Shown: piece by piece, positions 36,100 through 50,970 of the stretch
Layout of the letters: each line of letters starts with the position of its first letter
Position numbering within the stretch: position 1 is the stretch's first letter
NCBI RefSeq assembly: GCF_006345805.1
Contig: NC_042997.1
Span: 181,226,001-181,290,000, forward strand
DNA from: Octopus sinensis
Lineage: Eukaryota
DNA length: 64,000 nucleotides
Direction of reading: 5' to 3'
Made by a program: the position numbers and the translations under genes
The notes under the pieces: model-generated
Told to the model about the DNA's origin: nothing
The model's input: the letters and a program-made list of their open reading frames with translations, nothing else
Database searches by the model: none

Positions 36100-37200
36100 G
36101 GATTCTCTCGTCGTGAACGACAAACAAGAGTTCAGTAACATAAAGCGGTAATAAGGTTCTATGGACACGAATGTGTCTCTTGAGACCTGCTGGTGCCTTG
36201 CAAATCTTTTGGCAAATGAAACAAGTTGAGCGCTCATTTACTCGCGTGCTTGTGGATCATTTGAAATGTGATTTTTTTTGTTTGTTTTTTTTTTTAGTGG
36301 ACAGCAAGGCCTGCGTCGCCCCGTGCCACAAAACACAATGATAGGTGAGTTTTTCACCTAGAAGTGCAGTGTTTTGCCAGCGTGCCGTCATGCTTGCACG
36401 AAGTTGGTCCTAATGTTGGAGCAGACTTTACTCAAATCTTTGAACTGAAGACAAGCAATACTGGCGCCAGGTACTGCGTTCTGATACTTTGTTTTCCCAG
36501 AAAGGAAAGGAAATGCTGATTTGCTTCAGATTGTTTCTTAGTTCGTCTTTGAAGTGCAAAAGTGGCCTTCCAACTGACCTTCCTGTTGGGAATTGGCCAA
36601 AGAGAGGTTGCTTCGGACTTCTGATATCACTCATTCGTAATAGATGACCTGATATCTAAGCTGTATTTTGATGAGGATGGCTTCAATACCTGATATGAAT
36701 GCATTTTGTTTGCACCTCACTGTTACGAATATGGTCACTTGATTTTATGTTGGAGATAGTACGCAAGTGTCGCATATGAAAAGCGTCAAGGTGATTGATG
36801 TGCTTTCGGTGAAGGATCCAAGATTCAACACAAAAAAGTAAAGGTGTCAGACCACCAACCTTCAACGATACGTCGTGGCTGTTCCAAAGCTTATTGTAAA
36901 GCTTACCGAAAGTGGAACTAGCCTTCCTGATTCTGGTCTCAATTTCTTAATCCATCTTAGCATCATTAGATAGGTGAAAGAGGAAATTGGTTTTAATGCT
37001 TCCCCGTCAACATATACAGTAGGGGCAACAGCGGGAGGATGGTCACGAATGGGCTGATGGACAAGCTTAGTTTTCTTGATGCTGATAGTCAGACCAAAAG
37101 CCTTCGATGCACGCGAAAAGTTGCATGTCCTCGAGAGAGTGTGTTGCAAGTGCACAATCGTCTACGAAGAGCAAACCTCGAACTGTTTGCACCAAAGTCA
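36100..37200 (-). pseudogene. RTE-clade LINE 3' half (RT and C-terminal C2H2 finger)
   Basis: LLFVDDCALATHSLEDMQ; FGLTISIKKTK; ESWILHRKHINHLDAFHMRHLR; PKQPLFGQ...GRSVGRP; CFICQKICKAPAGLKRHIRVH at 36161-36223. Confidence 0.85.
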
Positions 37201-37204
37201 TATG

Positions 37205-37249
<45 letters not shown>

Positions 37250-37320
37250 ATAATACCATACCAAATTCTGGTGCCTTTAACTTAAGTACCATATTCATCT
37301 AAATCTAAATTTTTGCTGAA

Positions 37321-37353
<33 letters not shown>

Positions 37354-37847
37354 CTTCTAAAGTGGAGTTGGGACAGCATGTTCTTTGTCTATCACATTAA
37401 CTTCTTGGAGATTCTAGGTATATTTATACTAATAAGTTCATCTGTTCTAATTTAATTAAATTCTATGTCTTTGTGCAGCTGAAGATTGCTCTGCATTTTA
37501 AATTGATGTAATGATTGCATTGTTCAATTAAATGGAGTTGCATGAAACGATCGTACTGCATTACCTCTGGATATTCTTGTTGCTTATTTTGACTTACATA
37601 CTATGATATATATATTCGTATGTACGTATATATGTATAAGCAGCACCAGAGCCAAGCGATGAATACACAAGATTTAGGTTAGTTCAAATTACCCTAAAGT
37701 TCGTTTTTTCTTCATCACTGCTTGGCGTAGATACTGTTATTTTTATTCTGACCTGGCAGCCCACTAGCGCAACTCTGTCTCTAATGTTGATTGTTTTTAG
37801 TTAAAGCTACGGCTTTCAATCCGCACAGGCTTGTCTCTCTTCTGTAT

Positions 37848-37892
37848 TTCCTACTGAGGAAGGCTAATGAGCCAAAAGCGCGCGTCAGGGAA
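37848..37892 (+). ncRNA. Decayed hammerhead-like motif
   Basis: CTGAGGA-A-GGCT-AATG-AGCC-AAAA-GCGCGC-GTC-AGGG; G12 is replaced by A, consistent with CpG decay. Confidence 0.35.
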
Positions 37893-38027
37893 TTCGTTAG
37901 AAAGTAGCACTGGGCAGGTATGGTATTTTTATACCTCTTTTGCCATATGAGAGAATTTTTTCCCCACGGTAACTGCGGTGAATTTACCTTTAGAACTTTA
38001 AAAATATGTCACAAATATATTTTAACT

Positions 38028-38416
38028 GGGTGGAAGCACTCCGTCGGTAACGACGATGAGGGTTCCGGTTGATCCGAATCAACGAACCAGCCTGTTCGTG
38101 AAATTAACGTGTAAGTGGCTGAGCACTCCACAGACACGTGCACCCTTAACGTAGTTCTCGGGGATATTCAGCGTGACACAGAGAGTGACAAGGCCGGCCC
38201 CTTGAAATACAGGTACAACAGAAACAGGAAGTAAGAGTGAGAGAAAGTTGTGGTGAAAGAGTACAGCAGGGATCACCACCATCCCCTACCGGTGCCTCAT
38301 GGAGCTTTTAGGTGTTTTCGCTCAATAAACACTCACAACGCCCGGTCTGGGAATCGAAACCGCGATCCTATGACCGCGAGTTCGCTGCCCTAACCACTGG
38401 GCCATTGCGCCTCCAC
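38028..38416 (-). mobile_element. SINE family A, full length, 11-bp TSD
   Basis: TSD ATATTTTAACT at 38017-38027 and 38417-38427. Confidence 0.95.
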
Positions 38417-39242
38417 ATATTTTAACTAACTTACAGTTCGTTCACATATGTGTTTAAAGACAGAGAAAGAAAGAAAAAGTGAAGTCTATTTAAATGCGTG
38501 TCTGTGTGAGCGCGTGCGCAGGTAGACTGAGAAGTGGGATTGAAAAGTGAGACACGCAACCACAGAAAATTTATTTGAGTGCACCTACAAGAAACTAATA
38601 CCTAATTGGAAACTGGACAGACATTTTAAACATTTTTCAATTCTTTCGACTGCGACATCATTTAGATATAATTATTAAGCAAGCGAGAAATGTGTATAAA
38701 TTGTTTAATTGGGATACATTTCACTAATGGTAATTACCATATTTTGTTAGGCACCGACAAGAGAATAGATATAAAGTTGAAACTCGTTTCATTAGTTTAA
38801 CTATTTATCCCAGTTTTACTTCTCAAGTTCGAATTAAAGGACACGTTAAAGGTCGTTTAGTCTGATATATTTTATGGAAGTTGATGTTAATAGAAAAAGA
38901 TTTATAGAATTAGAGCCAGCACGTCCACTCTGACTCTGCGAAATACAAATTATATTTTATTATCGACACAAAACAGAAACGAAGCAGCATTCCTGCTCAT
39001 TATCAGTTTTGTCAGATTAATTGTATAAAACGTAGTAAAAAAAAAGTTTTTTGATAAAGTACCAGATTGTGTTTGAAGTAGTCCGAAATGTATGAATAAA
39101 TACGTTTTTCTTTTAATTCTTTTTTCAGAGTGTCGACGTACAGACACATACACACATGTACACATACACACATAAGTTTGTGTGTGTGTTTTTATGTATA
39201 GCTTAGTCATATTAACAATCTGGTGTTAGAACCCAATATACA

Positions 39243-39409
39243 TATGCGTAGGAGTGACTGTGTGGTAAGTAGCTTGCTTACAAACCACATGGTTCCGGCT
39301 TCAGTCCTACTGTGTGGCACCTTGGGCAAGTGTCTTCTACTATAGCCTCAGGTTGACCAAAGCCTTGTGAGTGGATTTGGTAGACGGAAACTGAAAAAAG
39401 CCCGTCGTA

Positions 39410-39410
<1 letters not shown>
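39243..39410 (+). mobile_element. SINE family B, 5' half
   Basis: GGAGTGACTGTGTGGTAAG head, GGTTCCGGCTTCAGTCC, CACCTTGGGCAAGTG. Confidence 0.85.
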
Positions 39411-39466
<56 letters not shown>

Positions 39467-39489
39467 GTATGTTTGTGTATATGTTTGTG

Positions 39490-39843
39490 TGCCTTTAGTC
39501 GAGCAAATCGACTCCAGGACTTATTCTTTGTAAGCCTAATACTTATTCTATCGGTGTCTTTTGCCGAACCGCTAAGTTACGGGGACGTAAACACACCAGC
39601 ATCGGTTGTCAAGCGATGCTGGCGGGACAAATACAGATACACAAGCATATACACATGCACACACACACACACACATATATACGACAGGCTTCTCTTAGTT
39701 TCCGTCTACCAAATCCACTCACAAGGCTTTGGTCGGCCCAAGGTTTTAATAGAAGACACTTGCCCAAGATGCCACGCAGTGAGACTGAACCCGGAACCAT
39801 GTGGTTGGTAAGCAAGCTACTTACCACACAGCCACTCCTACGC
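39490..39843 (-). mobile_element. SINE family B, nearly complete
   Basis: Used as a reference copy; short internal (CA)n(TA)n. Confidence 0.9.
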
Positions 39844-40497
39844 CTATGGCTATTCATCATAACAACAATAAACCCAAATAATCGGCCCCGCTTTTTGTAA
39901 GAAGACCAATGCATCCGGGACACCTGTCACCGAATGTGCTTGAACCAGCGTACTGCTATGTAATTGCGCTAGTTGCGAGAAGTAGCTGTTAAATCTCCCT
40001 CAAAAGTGGTCCTATATAAATTATGCCTGAAATGCAAATGAGATGATCATAGCTACAAAACCGTTTATTACAGTCTGTTCTGCAATAGAGCCTAACACAG
40101 GACCAAACATAAACACCAACTGATATGAAATATGAAACATGGAGAAAATTGCAAGGCATTACTATAGCCAGGAAAGACAGTCTATAATTGGTTGCAATTC
40201 TACGCTAGGCAACGAATCACAATGAAATATTTTCCCATGGTATTCATTAGAGAAACGTAATATGCCTGTCTCTGCGCAGCTGGATTTTGAAGTGGATTGA
40301 TTAAAGTTGATCGGGCTTCTTTTTGCTCTTTTGTTTTTGTGCAGCAAACATATTTAGTATGATTTCCGCAATACCTTATAAATACAGTACATACATAGCT
40401 GATTTTTTAAAAAAAAAAATGAATGTTGCCATAATGAAAAGACCTTCTTGTGCCACAAGGAAGCAGGGTTTTCTTCCCTTTGAAAATTTATTCCACA

Positions 40498-40935
40498 AAA
40501 GCGCAGCCGTGGCTGTGAAGTGGAAAAGCTTGCATCAAAACCATGTGATCTTGGCATCAGTTCCTCTGCGAGGCAAACTGTGCAAGTATCTTCTATTATA
40601 GTCCCGGGCCGACCAGGGAAAAGAAGCTCATCATACATATACATTATGTGTGTGTGTCTGTATATGTGAATGGATGAATGGATGGAAGGAGGGAGGAAGG
40701 GAGGGGAGGGAGGGACAGATGTGCATGTTTTTGTGTTTGTGTTGCGTTTTCCCCCATCACCACTAGACAACAGGTGTTGGTAAGCTTGTGTTCCCGAAAC
40801 ATTGCGGTTCGGCAAAAGAAACCGATAAAATTAGTATCAGACTTTAAAAATGACAACTGGGGGGGGGCGATTTGTTCGATTAGACACTCGAAGGCTGTAC
40901 CCCTGTATGGCCGCAATCCAATGACCGAAAGAAAT
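40498..40935 (+). mobile_element. Diverged SINE family B copy
   Basis: Same block order with many substitutions. Confidence 0.65.
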
Positions 40936-40982
40936 TTTTTAAAAATTAAAAGACGAAAGAATACAACGGGCCAAGAGTTATT

Positions 40983-41024
<42 letters not shown>

Positions 41025-42090
41025 TTGTTGTTGTTATTGTTGTTGTTGTTTTTGTTGTCGTCGTCGTCGTCGTCGTTTATTTCCATTTTTAAACGGCTTC
41101 GAAAAATACGTCTGAAGATTAAAAAACACGCCACACACTATAAAAATGTATCATGAAGAGCTTCTAGTTCATAACCATTATAATCAATCTTAGCATTGTT
41201 TATAAAGACCATAGTATATCTATAATTCTTCGTATATCTATTCCTGTTATATTTCAGTGAGTTGAGCGTTATATAATCTTCCATGGCATAGCTTTTCATT
41301 GCGATCTTCATACACTAGATTCAAAACTGGTTTTCTCTTTTTCTGTATTAAACGAAATCTTTTACTGTCTTCCACGGGTTCTTTGCATGAAACCAATTTC
41401 GTTGGTACTGTACAGTCTAAATAGTCTGTCATTGAATCGAAATTTGCGGCTTATGAATATTTTATTTAGTTTGTCTTAATAAATAGAATTTCTGTAGACA
41501 GTTAATTTTGTATTATACGAAGATAATACTTATTGGTGATGTGTCAGTTTTGCTGACAACTGTACTTAGAATTTCTGGATATTGCTAAAGTGTAATTGTA
41601 GATGAACGCGTGGAAATATTGATTTGTTTTGATTAGACACAGATCAAATTTTGGCGGCTGGTGGGGAGGGGGAGTGAGTGTATAGACGATCGATATTCTG
41701 TGGTATACTAATATACCATAGTATATTATGCATTTTTGTATTGCTTTTACTTTATTTTCATTTTTATTTCTTATTTTTATCGGCGAGGATGAAATTTGAC
41801 ATCTGTGGATTTTGAACTCCGAGCTTAAAGAATGAGTATAAATAGTAAAAAAGCATTTAGTCTAGCGTTTTACATTTTCTGAAATTTTGCCAATATTGAA
41901 TTTTCCTTTGCTTTTTTTTTTATTATTTTTATTCGTATTTGTATGATAGAAGACTAAGACTTTCACAAAGAAGTCGGTCATTTGGTAAAATCGTTAGAGC
42001 TTCAGATAAATGCCTCGGGGCGATTGCTGCTGCTCTTTCTGTTTTGAGCGGATTTCGACAAAGCAAATGGTCAGCATTTCGGAAATATAT

Positions 42091-42288
42091 ACTCTTTTAC
42101 TTGCTTCAGTTATTTGACTGTGACCATGCTGGAGCACTGCCTTTAGTCGAGCAAATCGACTCCAGGACTTATTTTTTGTAAGCCTAGTACTTATTCTATC
42201 GGTATTTTTTGCCGAACCGCTACGTTACGGGGACGTAAACACACCGCCATCGGTGTTGGGGGAAAAAAGCACAGACACACAAACATAT

Positions 42289-42368
<80 letters not shown>

Positions 42369-42556
42369 ATGTATATATATATATACATATATACGACGGG
42401 CTTCTTTCAGTTTCCGTCTACCAAATCCACTCACAAGGCTTTGGTTGACCTGAGGAAATAGTAGAAGACACATGCCCAAGGTGCCACGCAGTGGGACTGA
42501 ACCCGGAACATTGTGGTTCGTAAGCAAGCTACTTACCACACAGCCACTCATACGCC
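42091..42556 (-). mobile_element. SINE family B, complete
   Basis: Head, CORE-like block, internal microsatellite, tail ending GTAAAAGAGTA. Confidence 0.9.
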
Positions 42557-42576
42557 AATATATATATATTATATAT

Positions 42577-42618
<42 letters not shown>

Positions 42619-43489
42619 ATATATAAAGAGGCAATCATGTACTGGATTCGATTCTTCTCTCTCTCCCTCTCCTCTTTTTTTCTCTCTCTCTCTCTTCTCT
42701 ATGACTCCCTCTCTCCACCCCTTTCATTTCGTTCATCAAGATCTGCACTGTGTGGCGGTCTTGACGGACTACTAATTTTGTTCCTTGCCTTTAATAAACA
42801 TTTGTGAGAAAAGAAAACCTTTAGAAACGTTAAAAAATTAACAAATTCTCTCGGATATCACCCTACGTTTATTTAGTTCAAAGCTACGGAATTGTCATTG
42901 TTTGAATACTTTTGAATACCTTTGATCACTGTTCTGCACGATCAAAGCCATCCTTGAGCAAAACAACGACTTGTGAGCTTTCATAAGAAATTAATATTTA
43001 CTCATCTCTGAGTTTGCGGCCATGGACAGACCGGAATACTATATAAACGAAACGTTTTGTGAACTCGTTGAAACCTGAGAAACGGATTTGCTTAAATCAA
43101 TTCAAATATATAACTGAAACTTATATTAATGACCAAAGAAGCGTTAAAATCAAAGTCGACTCCAATGAGGTTAAATATAGAAAGGAATTTAGTTAAGTGC
43201 TTGTTTGCTTAACTCTCCGGAATAAGTGTGTGCCTGGGTGCGCGTGTGTGTCTCTTTTATTCGTATTCTACCTAGAAGGACGGAATTGGTTTCTAACAAA
43301 GAAACAAAAAGCTCCATTTTTTTTTTTTTTTTTTTACAGTTCCACTTTCAGATTGTATCTGTAAAATTCGTGTTAGCCGCTCTCTTTTATTGTTAAAATA
43401 TCCTAGCTTTTTTTCCAGAGCATTGCAAAGACATTTTCTAACATAAATAATGATTAATGGCATAAATGTGAATTTGTGTGTATGTAGGA

Positions 43490-43745
43490 ACATATGTAGA
43501 TAGGTACTTATGTATGTATGTATGTATGTATGTATGTATGTATGTATGTATGTATGTATGTATGTACGTATGTGTGTGTATGTATGTATGTATGTGTGCA
43601 TGTGTATGTATGTATGTATGTATGTATGTGTGTATGTGTGTATGTACGTATGTGTGTGTGTATGTATGTATGTATGTATGTATGTATGTATGTATGTATG
43701 TATTGGAATGTATGTATGTATGTATGTATGTATGTATTGGAATGT
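43490..43745. repeat. (TATG)n compound microsatellite
   Basis: Directly visible. Confidence 0.95.
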
Positions 43746-44443
43746 AGACAGAAAGTCCGATTTTTTGTTTTTGTTTTTTATGAAATAGCTCATTCTTGCA
43801 CACCAATGTTGATTATGTCCAACAACCGTTGTATTTTATGAAAATAGGAATGGGAACTGAGACACTTATGCACATTCCAGACAGATTGGTAGCAAAAGTG
43901 AAATGTTTTCAACCTGAGATTAAATACCCACCGTTGTCTCAGCTTGCTGGGACATTATTAAATTGATTGGGTGACGAGTACACATACTATAAAGGAAACC
44001 TTTGTCAATTAAATTAACATTAGCACTTAGTACTTAACAGATACTTATATTATGGACCTCACAGAAATGAAAAGTAAAGTTGCCTCATGCGGTTATTTGA
44101 GAACAGAAAGTAAATGAATTTAAACAAAACACGGCAGAGTGTTTAGTCCATCTCTCTGCTACCCTTCAGAGATATTAAAATACTACTTAGTTTTTATTCG
44201 GGTTCACTTCTAACTGTGTTGATCTACGTCGGTTTCAATCGAGTAGAATAATGATCAGAAGTATCCCAACAATTACTATCTTGTAGCTTTGAGTATCTAG
44301 AATTGCATTGTCCAGTGTATTCATTAAGAAATCACTTTGGGGTAATATTTGAGGTAAAGTCTTCACTTTTTATGATTCCATACATTGGCGTAAGGTCACA
44401 AATTTGAGTAGGAAGTGGTTGACCGAAATACTATTTATTATAT

Positions 44444-44752
44444 AGGCGCAGGAGCGGCTGTGTGGATAGGCACAAGAGTGGCTGTGTGATAAAGAAGCCC
44501 GTCGTATATATGTATATATATATATGTATGTATGTGTGTGTGTGTGTTTGTGTGTCTGTGTTTGTTCCCCCAACATCGCTTGACAACCGATGCTGGTGTG
44601 TTTACGTCCCCGTAACATTAGCGGTTCGGCAAGAGAGACCGATAGAATAAGTACTAGGTTTACAAAGAATAAGTCCTGGGATCGATTTGCTCAACTAAAG
44701 GCAGTGCTCCAGCATGGCCACAGTTAAAATGACTGAAACAAGTAAAAGAGTA
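44444..44752 (+). mobile_element. SINE family B with the CORE-like block deleted
   Basis: Duplicated head start joined directly to AAAGAAGCCCGTCG. Confidence 0.8.
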
Positions 44753-44754
44753 GT

Positions 44755-44787
<33 letters not shown>

Positions 44788-45833
44788 AAAATTGCATTCG
44801 AGTAATATTTGAGGAAAAGCCTTCACTTTTATGATTCTAAATGCATTCTTCGTTTCATAAATAGTGGGCGTGCCTAAATAAGTGATTCCATATATTGGTA
44901 TTAGGCCAATAAGTTGGAAGTGGGGGGCCGAAATATTATTCATTATAACGATCCCAACAAGCTGAAAGGCAAAGTCGACAATGGCGATGATTCGAAAACA
45001 TGCATGGAGGTGAAGTCGCTGATCTGGCAGAGTCCGTAGAGTGGCAGTCGAAATATTTTGCACTACTCATTTCGGTTCATTGTGCTCGGCGTTCAAATCC
45101 CGCCAAGATCAACTTTGTTTTTCATCATTTTGGGATCAATAAATATGGCACCAGTCCATAGCAGTGGACTGATGAAATCAGAGTATCAGATAGGATGTCC
45201 TACGGCATTTTTTTTTAAAGTTGAAATGCCTTTGTAGACAACATAACTGGTAGACCTAATCCGTAGTTCAGTTTAACACCACCACTTGGATTTTAAGTGC
45301 AAGCATTTAAGCCTGACCTCCTGTTTTAGTATATTTTCATCTTTCTCCCCTAGGTAGAAGGATCTAAAAGGGGTCGTGACTAAGCAATAAATCGGAAATT
45401 CCACAGACTATTTTAGCTAACACTACCGATTCTGTGATCCTCTACTTTTCGGTAACAAGTCAAATTTCTTCATAATATAAAATCCCATTTTTGGAGGAGA
45501 GTATAAATGATTATATAAAGCTGCGAATTGATCGAGTCTTTATAACATTGGATAGATTGCCCGCCAGTATCCCGTCCAGCACTATGTGTCCTAAGTTCAA
45601 ATACCACCGAGGATGACATTGTCATTCAATTTCGTGTTCGATAAATGAAGTATCAAGCCAAGGATCGGTATTCACCTTCATTTTCTTCATCTCTCTCTCT
45701 CTCCCTCTCCCTCTCTCTTTCTCTCCCCCCCTCTCTCTCTCTCTCATTCGTTTACTTGAGGAAATCGCTTGTGGTCAAACAGGAGGAAAGGGCTGGGCTC
45801 CACTAAGTCTATATATATATATATAATATATAT

Positions 45834-45878
<45 letters not shown>

Positions 45879-46213
45879 TATATATATAATATACATATAT
45901 ATGTGTATGTATATATATGTATACTATACATACATATATATATGTATGGATATATATATATATATATAATATTATATTATATATATATTTATGTATGTAT
46001 GTATGTATACATACATATATTATGTATGCATGTATGAGTATATAAATATAATGTATGTATGTAATGTTACATATAATATATTATATATATATAATATATT
46101 ATATATATTATAATTATATAAATATTTATTATGTATGTATACAACATATATATATGTATGCATGTATGTAATATATATAATATGTATGTATATGTATACA
46201 TATTATATATATA

Positions 46214-46255
<42 letters not shown>

Positions 46256-46369
46256 CGTGGTATAAATATATATATATATCTAACGTGGTATAATTATAAA
46301 CAGAGCAAAATTTTAGTCATTTCTCCGCAGACTGAAAAATCGATGAACAACTTTAATCAATTTTCAAAC

Positions 46370-46492
46370 CCTAGTGGGTCCTTTGGTCGTCTCGAGACTA
46401 TAGTAAAAGACATTTGCCCAAGGTACCACGCAGTGGGACTGAACCCGGAACCATGTGGATTGGGAAGCAAGCTTCCTACCACTCAGCCACGC
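46370..46492 (-). mobile_element. SINE family B, 5' half
   Basis: TTGCCCAAGGTACCACGCAGTGGGACTGAACCCGGAACCATGTGG. Confidence 0.8.
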
Positions 46493-46576
46493 CATGTATG
46501 TATGTGCATATATATATTACGTACACGCACACACATATACATACAAGTATGTATGTATAAATGAACACATACAAAC

Positions 46577-46666
<90 letters not shown>

Positions 46667-46824
46667 CTACATGGGAACGGCATCATAAACTTCAAGGGTC
46701 AGAATAGAAGATGAAAGCAAAGCGGCAACTTTATTTTGGTTCTTTATAGAATCCGGGTACTTTAAAGACGTGAACAACCAAAGTGCCTTAACAATACATA
46801 GCCGAATTTTATGAACTTTATACC

Positions 46825-47033
46825 TATTTCTTACTACCCACAAGGGGCTAAACACAGAGGGGGCAAATAAGGACAGACAAACGGATTAAGTCGATTACAT
46901 CGATCCTTGTGCGTAACTGGTACTTAATTTATCGACCCCGAAAGGATGAAAGGCAAAGTTGACCTCGGCGGAATTTGAACTCAGAACGTAAAGACAGACG
47001 AAATGCGGCTACGCATTTCACCCAGCTCGCCGC
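46825..47033 (-). mobile_element. SINE family C, single unit
   Basis: Matches the 184-bp unit plus a shortened head. Confidence 0.85.
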
Positions 47034-48272
47034 TTTACTCTATACCATCAGATATGAACAATTAACTCGAAACCGGTGACTATTTGAAAAGAAATTGTTA
47101 GGGGACGTAACTTTACACCGCAAGGTATTTTGATCGACATACCCTTAAGATTATAATCCGTCACTATCTCATTAAACATCTTTTCACTGTAAAGTAGATA
47201 TTCATATGACAGTATTTTCTGCAATTGATTAAACTGTTTAGTATCTGAATGTTCAAAGTAATCTGCATGATAGTATATCGCAAAGTGGAAAAGTGTGCTT
47301 CTCCATTTAACTACATTCCGTATTTCTTCCTATGACATCATGTGTCGTATCGCAAGTGGCATTCTACAAATCGTTCTTAATATTTCTGTAGCCCTTGCCT
47401 AAAAAAGAAAGTTTAATATAACGACTCACTTTTCTTAAAGTCAATCGTTCCATTAATATTTTTAACGATTTTTAGACTGCCTATAACAATCGTTTGAGTA
47501 AATAATACTGGAAATAAAATAAATAAATTTATCATCTAAGGGAGATAATAAAGCAATAATGTTATGAAGAGTTAATTCCCTTCTCATTTTTATTATTTTT
47601 CAGAAACAGATAAATTACTTGATAAATTATGCTTCCAGTGTAAAATACTACTGTGGCTTCAATGATGTTATATAACACATAATAATTTCCATACGTGTTT
47701 AAATTTACTTATCACGAAATGTACAGATATAAAATGAATACATGAAATAGATAGAATTAAGAGGATACTGCAACTTTCTTTAATATGAATGCAAAATATA
47801 TGTGAGGGCTTGAAGAATTCTATAAGCTTTCATATGAGCATAAGCGCAGGCTTCGCGTTGTCTAAAATATTTATTGTACAATAAAAAGTAGATCAACAAC
47901 GAATTTAGATTTATCTAATCATTTCTAGTCATTATCAAAAACATTAGTGTTTGACTACGTCTAAGCAGATACATACATGCATGCATACATACATACATAC
48001 ATACACACATACATACATACATACATACATACATACATACATACATACATACACGCATGCATGCATGAATGAAGACATACATATGCACACTCTCGCACAC
48101 GCACACATACATACATTTGTGTGAGTGAGATTGTTTGTTTGTGTGTGTATGTATGTATGTATGTATGTATGCATGTATGTATGTATGTATGTATGCATGT
48201 ATGTGTGTGTGTGTATGTATGTAAGTGTGTGTGTGGTGTGTGTGTGTGTGTGGTGTGTGTCTGTGTCTGTGT

Positions 48273-48311
<39 letters not shown>

Positions 48312-48778
48312 GCATGCTTGCATGCAAGGTTGGATGAATGGATTGATAGTTTTGGATCTATGGGTCAATGGATAGATCGATGAATGGATAAATGTTCATA
48401 CATGGTTCAGATGCTTACTTCAGAAGCAAGTTTCCTCGTGCTCTCCCCCCCCCCAATGGCCGGTGACCGGGGCAACTGATTTTGTCGATCAAGCTGATTT
48501 TGAGAGTGAAATGGAGGAGACGAAATTGATACAGAAACTCGTTAGACCGAATGTAGCTGCTCTTGAGTAATGTACTTAATCCGTTGTCCGCTTTAACTTC
48601 ACAACTTGTCGATCGGGAGCAATAAGTGGGGCTGTAATTTACAAACATTTGGATGATGTTAGTTTAAAAATAACCCATACCTTTCTCCACCACAATCAGT
48701 CTCGAAGTAATACGTACAGTGCCTATGATCATTTTCAGAGCTTCCTAGACGAGTAGGGGAGAGAAATGAAAATTACTA

Positions 48779-48919
48779 TTAGGTTGTCCCAAAAGTTCGT
48801 AAACACTTGCGAAAATTGAATTTTTTCTCGCCAAGTACTAACAAAAACAACAAAATTTATTCCTAAAAAAAAAAACCATTATTTTCCAAGACTTTCAACG
48901 AACTTTTGGGACAACCTTA
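48779..48919. mobile_element. mariner-like MITE
   Basis: TIR AGGTTGTCCCAAAAGTTCG / CGAACTTTTGGGACAACCT, flanked by TA. Confidence 0.85.
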
Positions 48920-50369
48920 TAAAACAGGAGGATTTAGTATAGATTTTTGCAACTAAAATCCAAGTAGTGGTTTAAATTGGCCAGCGGATTAGGTCTACCA
49001 ACTATGTAGGCTACAATGGCATTTCAACTTAGAACAAATACCGCAAGGCATCCTATCTGTTACTTTGATTCTGCGCAGAAACTACATGAACTGCTAAGAG
49101 ATTTTTGCTAGCGCTTCTTTCCAATGTTAGAAACTCTTCCAATGTCATCAACAAATATATCACAGCACACGGTTTCAGTGGGGTGGAGCGAGGATTTAAT
49201 TCGTTTTCACTGCAGAAGGATTCCGCTTGTGATCTCTTATCAACTAGTCACTTTGAACTGGTTTCTGCTGCTATACCTGAGATTTTAGTCGTGATTAAGA
49301 GACTCGAATTTATTCCACTCTATAGTGTACTGAATAGCCATCAGAAGCATTAGTGGTTTATATCCTTTCGTTGACACTACTCTGAGTTTATGTCCGTAGC
49401 GAGAATATTCAGCAATCACCCAGTGTCGCGATACGCTAGAATATTACCCATGTAGTCAACAAAATCTGACAAATAACGACTTAGCGTCGAATAGGCTCTA
49501 GCATTGATCTCATCTTTTGGTGCGCTACTTTCTGAGGCTGTCAAACAGCATAAATTCAACACATTGTGACTACTAAACAGAGAGCTTCGGGATGCAGCAG
49601 AGAGAACATTGAAAGATATTGCATGAGTTGGCCAACAGAGACGGTGGACAGCAACTGACAACACAAAGGCAATAAATAGTCGAAGGACAAATGACATTAG
49701 AAGTCAGTAGCTGACAAGCAACAAACAACACTGCTGTTATAACTACAATAAGAACAAAAACTCTCTCGGTGTTACGTCATTCTTAGTAGTGACAACATTC
49801 GTCTTTTGTGTATGAAAATAATACAATTTCGTTGAAGAAAAATCTCAACAGACTTCAGTGTTCTTTGTACATGTCTAAGACATATGAGTCTCAGGATCCT
49901 AGTCCTTTTATTTGTAAAGAGATAAAACAAGAGGAGAACGGTCTTTCGCTGCTACCAGTGACACCACAATAAGGTCTACAAGACAGTGGCGTAACTAGAG
50001 TGTGTGCCGCCGAAACAGCCCTTGAGATTGCTGCGCCCCAAGCTTATACAGGCTTATTACAGTAGACTCAAAAGTGCCACGCCCATAAAAGCATCGCGCA
50101 GGGCAGGCCCCGTACCCGCTAACCACGCTACTGCTATTAGTTTCATTGGTCTGAATGGATGCTTCAAGCTATTTTTATATTTACAGTTTGGAATATAAGC
50201 TCAAATGAGTTAACCTGCTCTAGATGTATGAACATGAAAATGAAGTCTTCGAGGTGCTCTGATGTCCAGACTGATACAGAATTGCGAGGAGAATTTTCTA
50301 TAAAATATCAAATACTGAGATTTAAGTTTAATATTAGTGAGGACAACGTAAATAAAGAGGATAAAGAAA

Positions 50370-50970
50370 GAATTTGAGGGTGAGGAAATGCCATCATTGT
50401 CGGCTGGCTCTCAGCTTGATAGCGACTGTCTGCGCATCGGTGATTCCCTGAGGTTTGGCCTCCAAATCTATGAGCCTCACAAATGTAACTACAGAACCAC
50501 TGTGGATTCTTTCGGCTTCTACCCACTTTTCATGCCATTATAGTGCTAGCCGACTTCCACGCCAAGCTGCTCTCAATGAAATCATGAAGAATGGTCTAGA
50601 TGACGGAGGCTTCCTTCCCAGCACGAGCCAGTAGAGCTAGACCGAGAGGATGGCATGACACTTTTCCCGTTCCTAGGTGGTAGACATCTCGTCGGGAATA
50701 CTACGATATGGTACCTTCTCCAATGGCAATTTGGTGTGTTCAGCTACCAGCTCAGGGTCTGCTGCTCGCCAAGCCGAGGAGGAAAAACAGTCAAAGTATC
50801 AGCAGCATTCTGACAGGTTTATAGTCGAGCCTGTGGCAGTGGAGATCTCCGGCGTTCTAGTCCCCCGGACCATAGCCTTGCTCACCACGATTGGAGGCGG
50901 AGATCGCTGACCGCAAGTGCGAGCCCTGTGAGTCAGAGTGGCTGTTCCAGCGCATCTCCGACGTGTTTTT
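50370..50970 (+). pseudogene. CRE-like RLE non-LTR retrotransposon C-terminal remnant
   Basis: CLRIGDSLRFGLQIYEPHKC; RQAALNEIMK; EPVELDREDGMTLFP; GSAARQAEEEKQSKY; EPVAVEISG; SEWLFQRIS. Motif order matches my recollection of CRE-clade C-termini. Confidence 0.75.

Noticed and set aside
36161-36223. Perfect C2H2 zinc finger CFICQKICKAPAGLKRHIRVH
   Set aside because: Lies at the C-terminus of the RTE remnant in the same orientation; not evidence of a host zinc-finger gene.
44340-44945. Diverged local duplication flanking a SINE B copy
   Set aside because: Old, low-identity duplication with no further structure.
49105-49700. Non-repetitive ORFs that might be host exons (also 8247-8511, 19795-20070, 41247-41432, 63711-63985)
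   Set aside because: No recognisable domain, no convincing splice-site pairs, stops in the flanking frame; a BLASTX or RNA-seq check would be needed.
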